Assembly (NCBI GenBank): GCA_043778555.1 | Contig: JAYWFY010000055.1 | Coordinates: 1-53,104, forward strand | DNA length: 53,104 nt | From: a bacterium | GTDB taxonomy: Bacteria > Patescibacteriota > JACMRA01 | Direction: 5' to 3' | Shown here: piece after piece, positions 9,917-19,905 of the stretch | Layout of the letters: every line of letters begins with the position of its first letter | Position numbering within the stretch: position 1 is the first letter of the stretch | Position numbers and translations under genes: made by a program | Notes under the pieces: model-generated | The model's database searches: none | What the model was told of the DNA's origin: nothing | Seen by the model: only the letters and a program-made list of their open reading frames with translations

Positions 9917-10017
9917 CTTTTATAGGCTACAAGGTACCACCCCGTCACTTACAGTGCCACCTGTTCTACAAGAAGGAGGATCTTTAGACTCGTGGTTTGT
10001 TTATAGATTTGTAAAAG
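9917..10017 (+). repeat. TIR-bounded ~102-nt element, copy B
   Basis: Runs CTTTTATAGG...ATAGATTTGTAAAAG; aligns with copies A and C. Confidence 0.8.
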
Positions 10018-10070
10018 AATTACCAACTATTTTTACTGTATTGTCACAAATTTAAAATTTTGGATTGGTT

Positions 10071-10643
10071 CTAAGCTTTTTTCCAAGCTGCGATCACCTC
10101 TAGCAATGATTGACTTTCAAGTGCCTGAACTTTTTTTTTGAGAGTATATGGGGTTTCCCCATCGTCAAGCAAACAGTATTTTTGAAGTAATATTTTACCA
10201 GTATCAACCCCTTCATCCACAAGATGCACCGTGCAGCCAGATTCCCATTCACCAGCTGCAATAACTTGCTGATGTACATTGGTGTCCATCCCACCAGCAA
10301 ATTTTGGCAAAAGCGATGGGTGTACATTGATAATTTTACCATTATAATAATGAACCAAATTGGAATCTAGAATCTTCATATATCCGACCAAAACTACAAG
10401 GTCAATTGGGTATTTTTGCATTTCTGAAAAAAGTTCGTTGTCAAAGTCTACACGAAGTTTTCCTTTGGATGGGATGCAAATGTGCTTAAAGCTGTAATTT
10501 TTTGCTTTTTCTAAGATTAAAGCGTCTGGTTTATTGCTGATTATGATTCGGACTCTTGCATCGAGATACCCCGTGATAATTTCACCAAAGGTTTTGTCAA
10601 GGCTTGTGCCTTTGCTAGAACTCAAAACTGCCAAGTTAATCAT
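10071..10643 (-). CDS. purN: Phosphoribosylglycinamide formyltransferase
   Basis: INVHPSLLPKFAG motif and overall formyltransferase pattern, 190 aa. Confidence 0.85.
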   Translation of the reverse strand: MINLAVLSSSKGTSLDKTFGEIITGYLDARVRIIISNKPDALILEKAKNYSFKHICIPSKGKLRVDFDNELFSEMQKYPIDLVVLVGYMKILDSNLVHYYNGKIINVHPSLLPKFAGGMDTNVHQQVIAAGEWESGCTVHLVDEGVDTGKILLQKYCLLDDGETPYTLKKKVQALESQSLLEVIAAWKKA

Positions 10644-10666
10644 ATTTAGATTTTTTAAACTTATTT

Positions 10667-12133
10667 CTAAATTTTATCCTCGTCGAGAATCCAACCGACA
10701 AGTGAGCGAATACTTTGTCCAGTGGCACCTTTGACTTTGAGGCTATTATGTTTGTTGTTGAAAGCCGAGCCTGCTATATCAAGATGAACCCAAGGATAAA
10801 TTTTTGGAGATTTGATATTTAATTGGTTATTTCTAAAATTATTCTGATCGACAAAATGGCTCAAAAATAACCCTGCAGTAACATGACCAGATTGCCGAGG
10901 TAAAGTAGAGGTGTTATTCAGATCACTAATATCACCGGTAATATATTTTCTCAAAAACTCTGGCATAGGCGTATAAATAGTAGGCTCTTGCTCAACTTCG
11001 AACTTTGAGATTAGCTTATTTTTGAGCTCTAGATCATTGGACATCAAAGCAGTATTGTACTCTGAAAGTGCCATAATAGATGCGCCCGTAAGTGTAGCAG
11101 CGTCAATAATATAATCTGGATCTAGTAGCGTTGCATAAGTCAAAGCATCAGCCAAAGTCAATCTACCCTCAGCGTCGGTGTTATAAACTTCAACAGTTTG
11201 ACCGCTATAAGTCGTCAAAATGTCATCAGCTTTGTAAGCATTACTGTCAATCATATTTTCGGCAAAGGCACTAATCCAGTGTAACTCAATGTTATTCAAT
11301 CCAAGTTTTGCAAGTGCAAGTGTCACCCCAAACATTGTAGCTGATCCGCCCATATCAGATTTCATATCTTGCATGTGACCACTAGTTTTGATATCCAATC
11401 CTCCACAGTCATAAGTCAAGCCTTTACCTATTAGTACTATTTTTTTTGTAGCTGATTTGGTTGGATTAATAATCGTGTGAACCAAAACTGGTTTGTGCTG
11501 ACTTGCTTTACCTACAGCTGTAATCCCTTCCATTCCAAGCTCGCTAATTTGTTCAAAGTTCAAAATTTTGATCGTAGTGTTGATTTGACCCTCAAATTCT
11601 TTATTGATTATATCTATTATTGTGGTCGGATTGATAGCTGTGGGGGTGTCATTAACCAAGCTTCTAGCCAGATCAACAGATTGAGAAACCACATCAACAT
11701 AGTTCAGATTGGACTCTGAAGTCAATACCAACAAATCCTTCGCCAGATAAAAACTATAATTGACGGATTTTGGTTCTTTGATGTATTTGTCAAAGTTGTA
11801 ACAAGCTTGCAACAAGCCTAGAAGTAAGTGCTCCAACTCTTTTGGTGTAATTTTAAAATCACAATTGATTTGATAGTCTTGAAAATTGGTTTTTTTAAGC
11901 TGGCTAATTATCTCACCGCCAAGAGCATAATAGTCTGGTTTGTTGAAAGGATCAATACTGAGATTTTTATTTTCAAAATTTGCCCCGACGAAGAAACTAC
12001 CATTATTAAATACAACTTGCCCAAATTTTGCTTCAAATTTTTGACTTGTAAGACTAGTATTATCTGATGGAACGGTTTTGATCAATTGAATTGGAATTGC
12101 TTGAGTGTTTTGGGATAGAAAGATTTTTGACAT
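10667..12133 (-). CDS. pepA: Leucyl aminopeptidase (M17)
   Basis: NTDAEGRLTLADAL and GKGLTYDCGG motifs. Confidence 0.9.
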   Translation of the reverse strand: MSKIFLSQNTQAIPIQLIKTVPSDNTSLTSQKFEAKFGQVVFNNGSFFVGANFENKNLSIDPFNKPDYYALGGEIISQLKKTNFQDYQINCDFKITPKELEHLLLGLLQACYNFDKYIKEPKSVNYSFYLAKDLLVLTSESNLNYVDVVSQSVDLARSLVNDTPTAINPTTIIDIINKEFEGQINTTIKILNFEQISELGMEGITAVGKASQHKPVLVHTIINPTKSATKKIVLIGKGLTYDCGGLDIKTSGHMQDMKSDMGGSATMFGVTLALAKLGLNNIELHWISAFAENMIDSNAYKADDILTTYSGQTVEVYNTDAEGRLTLADALTYATLLDPDYIIDAATLTGASIMALSEYNTALMSNDLELKNKLISKFEVEQEPTIYTPMPEFLRKYITGDISDLNNTSTLPRQSGHVTAGLFLSHFVDQNNFRNNQLNIKSPKIYPWVHLDIAGSAFNNKHNSLKVKGATGQSIRSLVGWILDEDKI

Positions 12134-12161
12134 AGTAGTTTTTTTAAGATTGTTTAAGATT

Positions 12162-12713
12162 CTATTTGATTATTGTTGTGACTATTTGAAACCACCTAGC
12201 TTTATAGTACAACAATGCAACAGGACCTAATCGCCACAAAATATCTCTAAACGACCACAATTGTCTATCTTGCAAAGTCTGTTTGTAGTTAAAAGTATTC
12301 TCCAAACCATCAAATAATGTAATAACTTCTTTTGGAAATAGCTCTGCTGGCATCGGTACATTTGGTAACAATATATTCATTATATATATCTGAAACCCAA
12401 AAACTACAGCAAATAGTAGTAAATTACTCCAGCCCGGTAGCTTTGACTCTTTATGAATATATAAGTCAATTGGTATAATAAATATGTGCTGAATTAGTAA
12501 AATAAAAAGCGTAAAACTAAGTACAACTATGAGCCAGCTCTTGGATCCACTAAAAAAATCTCGAACGGGGCTAAAAGCTACAACCCTAGTAAGCCACGAA
12601 GATATGTCAAAGATGAGATTGTTGAATAATTGTATCTGCAGGACAAAGTACGAGATCAAAAGTGTCACATAGTATGATGAGAAGAATTTGAGATTAAGGT
12701 TAATTTTTGGCAT
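12162..12713 (-). CDS. Membrane protein, hypothetical
   Basis: ORF with several TM segments. Confidence 0.45.
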   Translation of the reverse strand: MPKINLNLKFFSSYYVTLLISYFVLQIQLFNNLIFDISSWLTRVVAFSPVRDFFSGSKSWLIVVLSFTLFILLIQHIFIIPIDLYIHKESKLPGWSNLLLFAVVFGFQIYIMNILLPNVPMPAELFPKEVITLFDGLENTFNYKQTLQDRQLWSFRDILWRLGPVALLYYKARWFQIVTTIIK

Positions 12714-12808
12714 AATTGGTCATTTTAAAATCTATTTTTGGAGCAGTTAATAAACTATAATTGAAGTGTATAATCAGCATCGTTATTTGTCAAGAATTTG
12801 TCTACGCC

Positions 12809-14302
12809 TTAGTTAATTTTATAAATTTGTGCGTATAACAAAGCCATTATTTTTTTAACATACCCCTTATTCTCCAAAGTAGTCTTTGATAACAAAAATA
12901 GCAAAATAGCAACGTCAAAATAGATAAAATTGGCTTTGACAGTGTGCATATCCACAGTAAATGATTTCAAAGACGCAACGCCAAATATTTTTTCTTGATT
13001 CTCATCTAGAATTTTTACTGTTTTGGTTTGGTTGGTCAAAGATTTGTTTAGGCTTGTATTTAATCCTTCAATTTTGGGTTGACTCATTGCTGGGGTAGAT
13101 TGAACAGCCAGTTTAGTAATTTCTTGAGTTTTAATAACAGCTGGTTTTTGGAAAATTTGTATAGGCGCTGCATTTTTGGTCTCAAGTTGGAGGGGCATGA
13201 TTTGTTCTTTTGACTTTTCAGCTTTAAACTCAGCTTTATCATTAATTTTATTATTTTCGATTTTATTTTGAACTGGAATAGTCTCTTGCTCCACTTTAAA
13301 AATAACTGGTTCTATTTTTTTCTGCTTACTTTCAGCTTTATTTTTTACTTCAGTTTTAATTTCTATTTTTGGAATTGTTAGCGGGGCAATTTGAGCTTGT
13401 TGGGGTGGGTTTGGCACCTTGACTGTTGGCAAATTTGCCGTTGGGTTTGGGACTGGTTTTTCTGCTTTATTTTCCTGCTTTGGTAGGCTGTCAACATCTT
13501 GTAAAGCTTTGTCTTTTATAATTTCTTTTTGTGATTCAGTCGTTATTTGAGTCAACTCTGCAGGTTCTTTGATTTTTTCGGGTTCTTTGGTGAGTTTTGG
13601 AGTCTGAAGCAAAACTGCTGGAATGATTGGTGAATTTTTTTCTGCTTTTGGACAATCGTTTGGTAAACCTGGGGTTGAAGGCTTGTTTAGGGATTGTACT
13701 TTGTCTCCAGTCACAGTTAAGCAAAACTGAGCAGAAGTAGCCATTGGTTGGAGACTTTGAGTTTCTAATATGGCTCTACTATCATCTTCAAAGCTAAAAT
13801 AAATATTACTTTCATTGATCATATTAGGATGAATCAAAAATTTTTTATAAGAATTTGGAGTAGAATCTCCTAAAGAACTAATAAAACCCTCACCCAAATG
13901 CTTGCCGAACTCTTCTTTAAAAACAATTTGAGATTTGGGCTCGATAGAATATCCATCAAGACTGATTGGCTTACAATATACTCCACTTTCAGCCACACAA
14001 TTGCCGTTGGCAGATTTTCTATAATTTTCAACAAAATTGAGCTTGTATCCCTTCAGATTTATTACTGAGCTAGTTGGGTTGGAGATTTCTATCCATATAT
14101 CTATATGACAAAGCCCTCTTGGATAAGTTGAAATTAACTTTCCTTCGTAGCATTGTTGCGGCAACACAGCATTATTTTTGTAGACCTCGCTAATATAAGG
14201 CTTTTGCAAATCCAATGCGTCAGTGGTAATTTTTGGTAAATAGAGAAATACATTCAAGCCTGCAAGTAACAGTAAAAACAAACAAAGAAACCTATAAAAC
14301 AT
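12809..14302 (-). CDS. Secreted or anchored protein with a lamin-tail-like domain and a K/P/E/Q-rich low-complexity region
   Basis: ISNPTSSVINLKGYKL resembles an LTD motif. Start moved to MFYRFLCLFLLLL because the tracked N-terminus lies inside the IS30 inverted repeat. Confidence 0.5.
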   Translation of the reverse strand: MFYRFLCLFLLLLAGLNVFLYLPKITTDALDLQKPYISEVYKNNAVLPQQCYEGKLISTYPRGLCHIDIWIEISNPTSSVINLKGYKLNFVENYRKSANGNCVAESGVYCKPISLDGYSIEPKSQIVFKEEFGKHLGEGFISSLGDSTPNSYKKFLIHPNMINESNIYFSFEDDSRAILETQSLQPMATSAQFCLTVTGDKVQSLNKPSTPGLPNDCPKAEKNSPIIPAVLLQTPKLTKEPEKIKEPAELTQITTESQKEIIKDKALQDVDSLPKQENKAEKPVPNPTANLPTVKVPNPPQQAQIAPLTIPKIEIKTEVKNKAESKQKKIEPVIFKVEQETIPVQNKIENNKINDKAEFKAEKSKEQIMPLQLETKNAAPIQIFQKPAVIKTQEITKLAVQSTPAMSQPKIEGLNTSLNKSLTNQTKTVKILDENQEKIFGVASLKSFTVDMHTVKANFIYFDVAILLFLLSKTTLENKGYVKKIMALLYAQIYKIN

Positions 14303-14352
14303 AGATACATAATAAAAGACAGCCGTCTGTTTTGTCAAGTAAAAGACCCCAC

Positions 14353-15607
14353 ATTCAATCTCAAAGTGCATAACTAGAATAAATATGGTATACTGATAGC
14401 TAAGGGATATTTCTAAAACAATATCAAATCATAGTATCAATACTAATTATGTCAGCAAACTCTAAAACTCCCAAATCCCTCAAATCCACCAAAACCTACA
14501 AACAAATATGTAGAGATGAGAGAATATTAATCAGTACATATCTCAAACTAGGTTACAGTCATAACAAAATAGCCACAGAGCTAAACAGGGAGCAATCAAC
14601 AGTTTCAAGGGAGATTCGCCGTGGAAGTGTATTTGATGTGAATACTAACAAGTACGAATACAACCTAGATTACTCTCACAAGAAAAAACTCAAAACTCGC
14701 ATAGAGACTAACAAACAACAGATTAAACTAGAATTTGAAAGTCAAAAATGTCCAAACTTGGAGAAATATATTCATGACAAAATAGCTCTAAAGTGGTCTC
14801 CACAGCAAATATCAGGTAGAATCAAAAGTGGTCTTGAAAAACAAATTAACAACCTAGAAGCAAGTATTAGCACTGAAACTATTTATCAGTACATCTATGG
14901 ATTAGCACCCAAAGAACTAGAAAAATCAGAGGATGAAGTAGACCAACAAACCTATCTTAGACAGCTAAAACTCAAGGTAAAACTATCTAGTAACCTCAGA
15001 GAAAACAAAGGTCAGTTCAACAAATACCGTAGAAGACATGGAACTAGAAAAAGGGCTTTAGAGCGAGACAAATTGAACAAGAAACGAATAGACACAAGAC
15101 AAGAGATTGTAGAAACCAGAACCAGAATAGGCGACTGGGAAGGAGATACAATAGTAGGCAAAGAAAAAACCCAACATATTTTGACACTAGTAGAAAGAAG
15201 ATCCAGATACCTGCAATCAAGAAAGCTAAACCAAGCCACAGCTACCGAAACCAAAGAAAAAATCATAGATATTTTTAGCACTATCCCAAACCACAAAAAA
15301 CACACTCAAACCTACGATAATGGCGTACAATTCTCATGCTACGAAGCAATAGAAGAGATAACCAAAGTATCATTTTATTTTGCTTTTTCATACCATTCCT
15401 GGGAAAGAGGAACTAATGAGAATACCAATGGACTTCTCAGGCAATACTACCCAAAAGGAACTTTATTCAGCAATATCACTCAACAAGACCTTGACCAAGT
15501 TGTAAAAGAGATTAATAATAGACCAAGAAAGACCTTAGGCTATCTTACCCCATATGAAGTTTTTGAACTTGGAATGGAATTCTAGCTAATGCACTTTGGA
15601 TTGGAAT
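14353..15607 (+). mobile_element. IS30-family insertion sequence (ends approximate)
   Basis: Transposase ORF flanked by the inverted repeats ATTCAATCTCAAAGTGCA (14353-14370) and TGCACTTTGGATTGGAAT (15590-15607). Confidence 0.8.
14449..15585 (+). CDS. IS30-family DDE transposase
   Basis: HTH region STVSREIRRG, then WSPQQISGRI, GDWEGDTIVG, LVERRSRY, TYDNGVQF, WERGTNENTNGLLRQYYPKG and NNRPRKTLGY. Confidence 0.9.
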   Translation: MSANSKTPKSLKSTKTYKQICRDERILISTYLKLGYSHNKIATELNREQSTVSREIRRGSVFDVNTNKYEYNLDYSHKKKLKTRIETNKQQIKLEFESQKCPNLEKYIHDKIALKWSPQQISGRIKSGLEKQINNLEASISTETIYQYIYGLAPKELEKSEDEVDQQTYLRQLKLKVKLSSNLRENKGQFNKYRRRHGTRKRALERDKLNKKRIDTRQEIVETRTRIGDWEGDTIVGKEKTQHILTLVERRSRYLQSRKLNQATATETKEKIIDIFSTIPNHKKHTQTYDNGVQFSCYEAIEEITKVSFYFAFSYHSWERGTNENTNGLLRQYYPKGTLFSNITQQDLDQVVKEINNRPRKTLGYLTPYEVFELGMEF

Positions 15608-15620
15608 TCAAGGACCTTCG

Positions 15621-15638
15621 ATTCAATTTTAAAGTGCA
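15621..15638 (+). repeat. Third, solo copy of the IS30 terminal repeat, abutting the right end
   Basis: ATTCAATTTTAAAGTGCA has the same orientation as the left IR. It forms a near-perfect palindrome with the right IR across a 13-nt spacer. Confidence 0.7.
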
Positions 15639-15685
15639 ACACCTTATTTTATAAAAACTTAATTGTAGGGTTGCGAAAGTGGTTA

Positions 15686-15714
15686 TTGACAAAAATGATA
15701 TTAAAAGGCACAAT
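15686..15714 (+). promoter_or_regulatory. Promoter of hisS; probably a leaderless mRNA
   Basis: TTGACA, 17 nt, CACAAT, then 8 nt to the ATG. Confidence 0.45.
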
Positions 15715-15722
15715 AAAGCCAT

Positions 15723-16928
15723 ATGTCCAAAATAATTCTACCCTCGCAGCCCTACAAAGGTACTCGAGATTTTTATCCAGAAGATATGCAAAAACGCAAT
15801 TATATTTTTGAAACTTGGAAAAAAGTATTGATTGCAAGTGGTTTTGTAGAGTATGATTGCTCGGTAATAGAAAGCGCCGAGGTTTATCTTGCCAAGTCTG
15901 GAGATGAGCTAGGCTCCAAGCAGCTTTATTCATTCACCGACAAAGGAGACCGCAAAATAGCTCTTCGACCAGAGATGACCCCTAGCTTAGCTAGAATTAT
16001 ATCTGCCAAGTTTGGTGATCTCAAAATGCCACTACGATGGTTTTCTATTCCAAACTGTTTTCGCTACGAAAAACCTCAAAAAGGGCGACTTCGAGAGTTT
16101 TATCAGCTCAATGTTGACATCGTAGGCAAAGCAGCTGGAGAAGTAGATATCGAGCTATTGGTGGTTACCGCCAAAATGTTTCTTGCCTTTGGAGCGGACA
16201 AAAAAATGTTCAAGATAATGTATAATCATCGCCAAGTTTTGGATTTATGGCTAGATAGATACGCTTTGTTGAGTCAAAAAAAGATCGTATATGCAGTTCT
16301 TGATGACTGGTACAAATGCACAGAAGACGAGAATTATAGAAAACTAGCCAATGATATAGATGGAATTCAAATCACCAATCTCATTAATCTTTGCAAAAAA
16401 GAAGGACAAGAGTGGGATTATTATACCAAAATAGCCAACACTTTTCCTGACATCAAGATGGCTTTGGAATTATTACCCAAAATATTACCAGACCTAGAGT
16501 TTGACTTTAACCCAACGATTATCCGAGGTTTGGCATATTACACAGGACTTGTAATGGAAGGTTTTAACAAGAATCCCGTTAGCCCAAGAGCAATGTTTGG
16601 AGCTGGAAGGTATGACGATCTACTAGATCTATTTGGCAAAAAAGCACCTGCAGTCGGAGTCGGCATAGGAGATGTGACTTGGGGAGATTTTCTCACGGAT
16701 TGGAATTTGTGGCCAGATTTTCTAGCCAATCAAAACAAAGTTGGAATAATGTTATTTGACAGTAACGACATTTATAAGATACATTCTGAAGTAATTCCTA
16801 GTCTCAAAGGTCAACCTTACGATATAGACTATGAATATCAAAGATCAGAAAACAAACGCTACGAAACCCTCAAAAAACGTGGCTGTACAAATATAATCAA
16901 AGTCGGCGATAAAAAAATATATAAATAA
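15723..16928 (+). CDS. hisS: Histidyl-tRNA synthetase
   Basis: GTRDFYPEDM, RPEMTPSLAR and FRYEKPQKGRLREFYQ class II motifs. Confidence 0.85.
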   Translation: MSKIILPSQPYKGTRDFYPEDMQKRNYIFETWKKVLIASGFVEYDCSVIESAEVYLAKSGDELGSKQLYSFTDKGDRKIALRPEMTPSLARIISAKFGDLKMPLRWFSIPNCFRYEKPQKGRLREFYQLNVDIVGKAAGEVDIELLVVTAKMFLAFGADKKMFKIMYNHRQVLDLWLDRYALLSQKKIVYAVLDDWYKCTEDENYRKLANDIDGIQITNLINLCKKEGQEWDYYTKIANTFPDIKMALELLPKILPDLEFDFNPTIIRGLAYYTGLVMEGFNKNPVSPRAMFGAGRYDDLLDLFGKKAPAVGVGIGDVTWGDFLTDWNLWPDFLANQNKVGIMLFDSNDIYKIHSEVIPSLKGQPYDIDYEYQRSENKRYETLKKRGCTNIIKVGDKKIYK

Positions 16929-16945
16929 AACAACCCATTCAAACT

Positions 16946-17143
16946 ATGCAAACAACATTAGAGCAACTTGAACAAGACTTGACATCTATCCAAGAGCAAC
17001 TTGACTTAATTTTAAAACAAAGAAAGATCGATGAGCTAGTAAACCAAGCAAACCAATATGCTGATAGTTTACTTCAATACAGAAAAGAAGTAAAGCGAGC
17101 TCAAACAAATACAAATAAAGTAAAAGTCCAACATAAAATTTAA
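16946..17143 (+). CDS. Small coiled-coil protein, hypothetical
   Basis: 65-aa ORF between hisS and recF; no motif. Confidence 0.3.
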   Translation: MQTTLEQLEQDLTSIQEQLDLILKQRKIDELVNQANQYADSLLQYRKEVKRAQTNTNKVKVQHKI

Positions 17144-17173
17144 TTTTTTTGAAATATTTTTATTAAATTATCG

Positions 17174-18316
17174 ATGTACCTTAGGCTCAATAATTATCGC
17201 TGTTTTGTGTCTGCAAGTTTTGAGATCCCTAGCACGGATTTTATTATTTTGGACAAAAATGGCAGTGGTAAAACTTCTATTTTATCGGCTATTTATTCTA
17301 TCTACACTGGCAAGTCGCTACCAAGTACCAAATTTCCAGAATATTTGCAAAGTGGACAAGACTATTTTGGTATTAGCACTGACGACGACTGGTTTATCAA
17401 CGGCAAAATCTCAGCTTCGGGAAGGGTGATAACTAAATACTCTAACCCCTCAGAAATCAAAGATACAGTTTTGACATACCAACCCAGTGACAACTATTGG
17501 CTCCAGCAAAGTCGTGTTAGCAAGCTGAGTACCTTGGATCATATCATAAGTCAAACCAACAAAGAATATCTAAAACTAATAGCTAGTCTAGACAAAGTTT
17601 GCAAAAATAAACTGAGCTCACTCAAAGAATCCAATCTCTCTGGGGTTACTGATATGATTTTAGTCAATTTTTTGGGTCAACAAATTTTGGAATTGTCAAA
17701 ACAAATTTGGTCTATAAGATGGGATTTTATATATAACATCAAAGAATCTCTGCCACAGTTCTCTAGTATGGTTCAATCGCCCATTGCAGATTGGCAAATA
17801 GAAATAGAAATCACAGGTGCAAATGGAAATAAAATTAAAATTCATAATTTGAGTAAGTTTGGTAAACAATTTGGAGAGCTAAGTTCCCATTCTTTAGGAA
17901 AGATGAAACAAAGTGATGAAGTAGTTTTTTTAGTGAATAAAATTAAAATTTTTGAGCTCCAAAACCTAGACCAAATAAACTTTGAAAAGCTCTGGCAACG
18001 CGAGCTAATCTGTGAAAAAGTGTTATTTGGAGCCAATCGTGATGATTTTAATATTACAAATGGCAAACTTAAAATCGAACAAATACTGTCCCGAGGAGAA
18101 ACTCGACTATTCGTTTTATGGGTCAAAAAACTTGGTATAGATCCAAAAGAGACAATTTGGCTACTTGATGACATTTTTAATGAGCTTGATGACGAGCGCG
18201 AACAGTTTTTGATGTCTAATATTCTGTGCGGTTGCAAGCAAATCATCGCTACAGGTACAAGATGTAGCCTCAAAAACCTTGAGCAAAGGAGTGTGAGTAG
18301 CATGAAACTTGAGTAA
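17174..18316 (+). CDS. recF: DNA replication and repair protein RecF
   Basis: N-terminal MYLRLNNYRCF, Walker A DKNGSGKTSIL, Walker B LLDDIFNELD. Confidence 0.75.
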   Translation: MYLRLNNYRCFVSASFEIPSTDFIILDKNGSGKTSILSAIYSIYTGKSLPSTKFPEYLQSGQDYFGISTDDDWFINGKISASGRVITKYSNPSEIKDTVLTYQPSDNYWLQQSRVSKLSTLDHIISQTNKEYLKLIASLDKVCKNKLSSLKESNLSGVTDMILVNFLGQQILELSKQIWSIRWDFIYNIKESLPQFSSMVQSPIADWQIEIEITGANGNKIKIHNLSKFGKQFGELSSHSLGKMKQSDEVVFLVNKIKIFELQNLDQINFEKLWQRELICEKVLFGANRDDFNITNGKLKIEQILSRGETRLFVLWVKKLGIDPKETIWLLDDIFNELDDEREQFLMSNILCGCKQIIATGTRCSLKNLEQRSVSSMKLE

Positions 18317-18372
18317 ATCGCTATCACTAGCTTCATAAAAAATATTATAGGCATTTTACTTCCAAGTTTTCT

Positions 18373-18402
18373 TTGACAAAAAGCTCAGGATCAAGCTAAA
18401 AT
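18373..18402 (+). promoter_or_regulatory. Promoter of smpB; probably a leaderless mRNA
   Basis: TTGACA, 18 nt, TAAAAT, then 7 nt to the ATG. Confidence 0.45.
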
Positions 18403-18409
18403 CTATACA

Positions 18410-18814
18410 ATGATAATAGCAACAAACAAAAAAGCCAAATTTGACTACCATATCTTGGAGACATATCAAGCAGGACTTAGCTTGTCTGGTGGTATGGTAA
18501 AACTAATCCGCAACAAACAAATCAACATTCAAGGTAAATTTATAGTTTATCAAAAACAAAGGTTAGAAATCTTGGGTATGGGTAATGAAAAAATGATCGA
18601 AAATATTCCTCTACTTTTAAAGGAAAAGGAAATTAACAAAATCTCTGGACAAATTGCAACAAAAGGAATATCATGCATAGTCATAAACATCAAAATAGTA
18701 GGTCGCTGGCTCAAAGCTGACATTGCAATAGTTAAAGGTAAAAAAGAATATGACAAACGAGAAGCTATCAAAAAACGTGATATGGATCGTGACGACCGCC
18801 GAGGTGATTTATGA
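18410..18814 (+). CDS. smpB: SsrA-binding protein SmpB
   Basis: NKKAKFDYHILETYQAGLSLSG and a basic C-terminal tail. Confidence 0.85.
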   Translation: MIIATNKKAKFDYHILETYQAGLSLSGGMVKLIRNKQINIQGKFIVYQKQRLEILGMGNEKMIENIPLLLKEKEINKISGQIATKGISCIVINIKIVGRWLKADIAIVKGKKEYDKREAIKKRDMDRDDRRGDL

Positions 18815-19004
18815 CACATTATGTTATACAACTAAAGCTATAATAATCTATATATCTTTGAATTTAATTCAAACTTATTACTGTTAAATACTGATTAGAT
18901 GCTTATTTAATTCATCTTGGGTTTAGCTATAACAAAGAAAAAAGCCTAATGTCCGCAGTCAATAAAATTCATATATACTTATTTTCACCGATTTTCCCCC
19001 TCAA

Positions 19005-19106
19005 CTTTTACAAATTTATAAACAAACTACTAACTTAGAGATTCCCATTCTTGTAGAAGAGGCGGCATCGTAGATGACAGGGTAGTGTTTTGGAGAAGTA
19101 TAAAAG
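19005..19106 (-). repeat. TIR-bounded ~102-nt element, copy C (inverted)
   Basis: The reverse complement aligns with copies A and B along its whole length. Confidence 0.8.
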
Positions 19107-19181
19107 TCAGGGGTGGAGTAATTATAGCAGCGGCAACCGTGTCACAACAAAAAAGCATAAACTAATATTTTTAAAAAAATC

Positions 19182-19904
19182 ATGTTCTTAGAGCTCAATA
19201 TTAAAACCCAAGAAAACCTAACTAAATATTTGGAGGTTCTAAAATCTCAAGATTACTCTGAAGTTTCAATCACGTCCAAAAAAAACAACTTAGATTTGGT
19301 CACAGTTTTAAACACCCTACAAAACAATAAACTCAAAATAATTCCAACTTTTTCTTGCTCTTCCAATTATAACCAAAATGCAAATCAGACTTACAAAGAA
19401 TTTTTAAGCTTTGTCAAAATATTAAAACAAAACAAAATCAACCAATTACTCTTGGTCTCAGGCAATCCAAAAATGAAGCTGGAGACGCTCAAAGTCCTAG
19501 AGCAGTTTGGCAATGAATCTGACGATCAAAGTGAATATCAGAGTATCAAAATTGCTGTTGCATACAATCTTTATTGCAAAAATATGGACATAGAAAACCA
19601 AAGATTAAAAGCAAAACTAGTCTATCCCAATGTCAACCAAGTATGGCTCCAGCTAGGTCAGGACTTGGAAAAACTTAAAACTGGGGTAGATTTTATCAGA
19701 AAAATTAATCCAAATATTGTTATTATTAACTCTGTTTTGATGCCGACCCAAAGTCTATTAAAAAGTTTGCAATTTCGACCTTGGGCTGGAGTTTATTACT
19801 GTGACCAATTTTACAATGACATCAATTTTGCACTAAAAAGTACCGGTGAGATGAAGCGATTGTCCAAGCAGCTTGGTTTAAAAATCTTAATTAGTGGAGT
19901 CTAG
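19182..19904 (+). CDS. Hypothetical protein; weak resemblance to the MetF (methylenetetrahydrofolate reductase) fold
   Basis: The spacing of TFSC, LLLVSGNP, IAVAYN and a Q-containing strand resembles MTHFR motifs. Tentative. Confidence 0.45.
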   Translation: MFLELNIKTQENLTKYLEVLKSQDYSEVSITSKKNNLDLVTVLNTLQNNKLKIIPTFSCSSNYNQNANQTYKEFLSFVKILKQNKINQLLLVSGNPKMKLETLKVLEQFGNESDDQSEYQSIKIAVAYNLYCKNMDIENQRLKAKLVYPNVNQVWLQLGQDLEKLKTGVDFIRKINPNIVIINSVLMPTQSLLKSLQFRPWAGVYYCDQFYNDINFALKSTGEMKRLSKQLGLKILISGV

Positions 19905-19905
19905 T

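Noticed and set aside
13200-13700. Repetitive-looking DNA here and at 43990-44120 checked as possible CRISPR or tandem-repeat arrays
   Set aside because: Both lie inside long ORFs and encode K/P/E-rich and Ser/Val-rich low-complexity protein segments. There is no repeat-spacer periodicity.
14303-15722. Coding-strand switch (13 kb of minus-strand genes to the left, 10 kb of plus-strand genes to the right, recF nearby) as a possible replication origin
   Set aside because: The intergenic space is filled by the IS30 element. I saw no cluster of TTATCCACA-like DnaA boxes, and there is no dnaA or dnaN here. A GC-skew computation on the full contig would be needed.
17842-18354. 170-aa Ser-rich ORF antisense to recF (similar shadow ORFs lie inside gap, pepA, the transposase, tig and other genes)
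   Set aside because: Low-complexity composition, fully embedded opposite well-supported genes. These are typical shadow ORFs.
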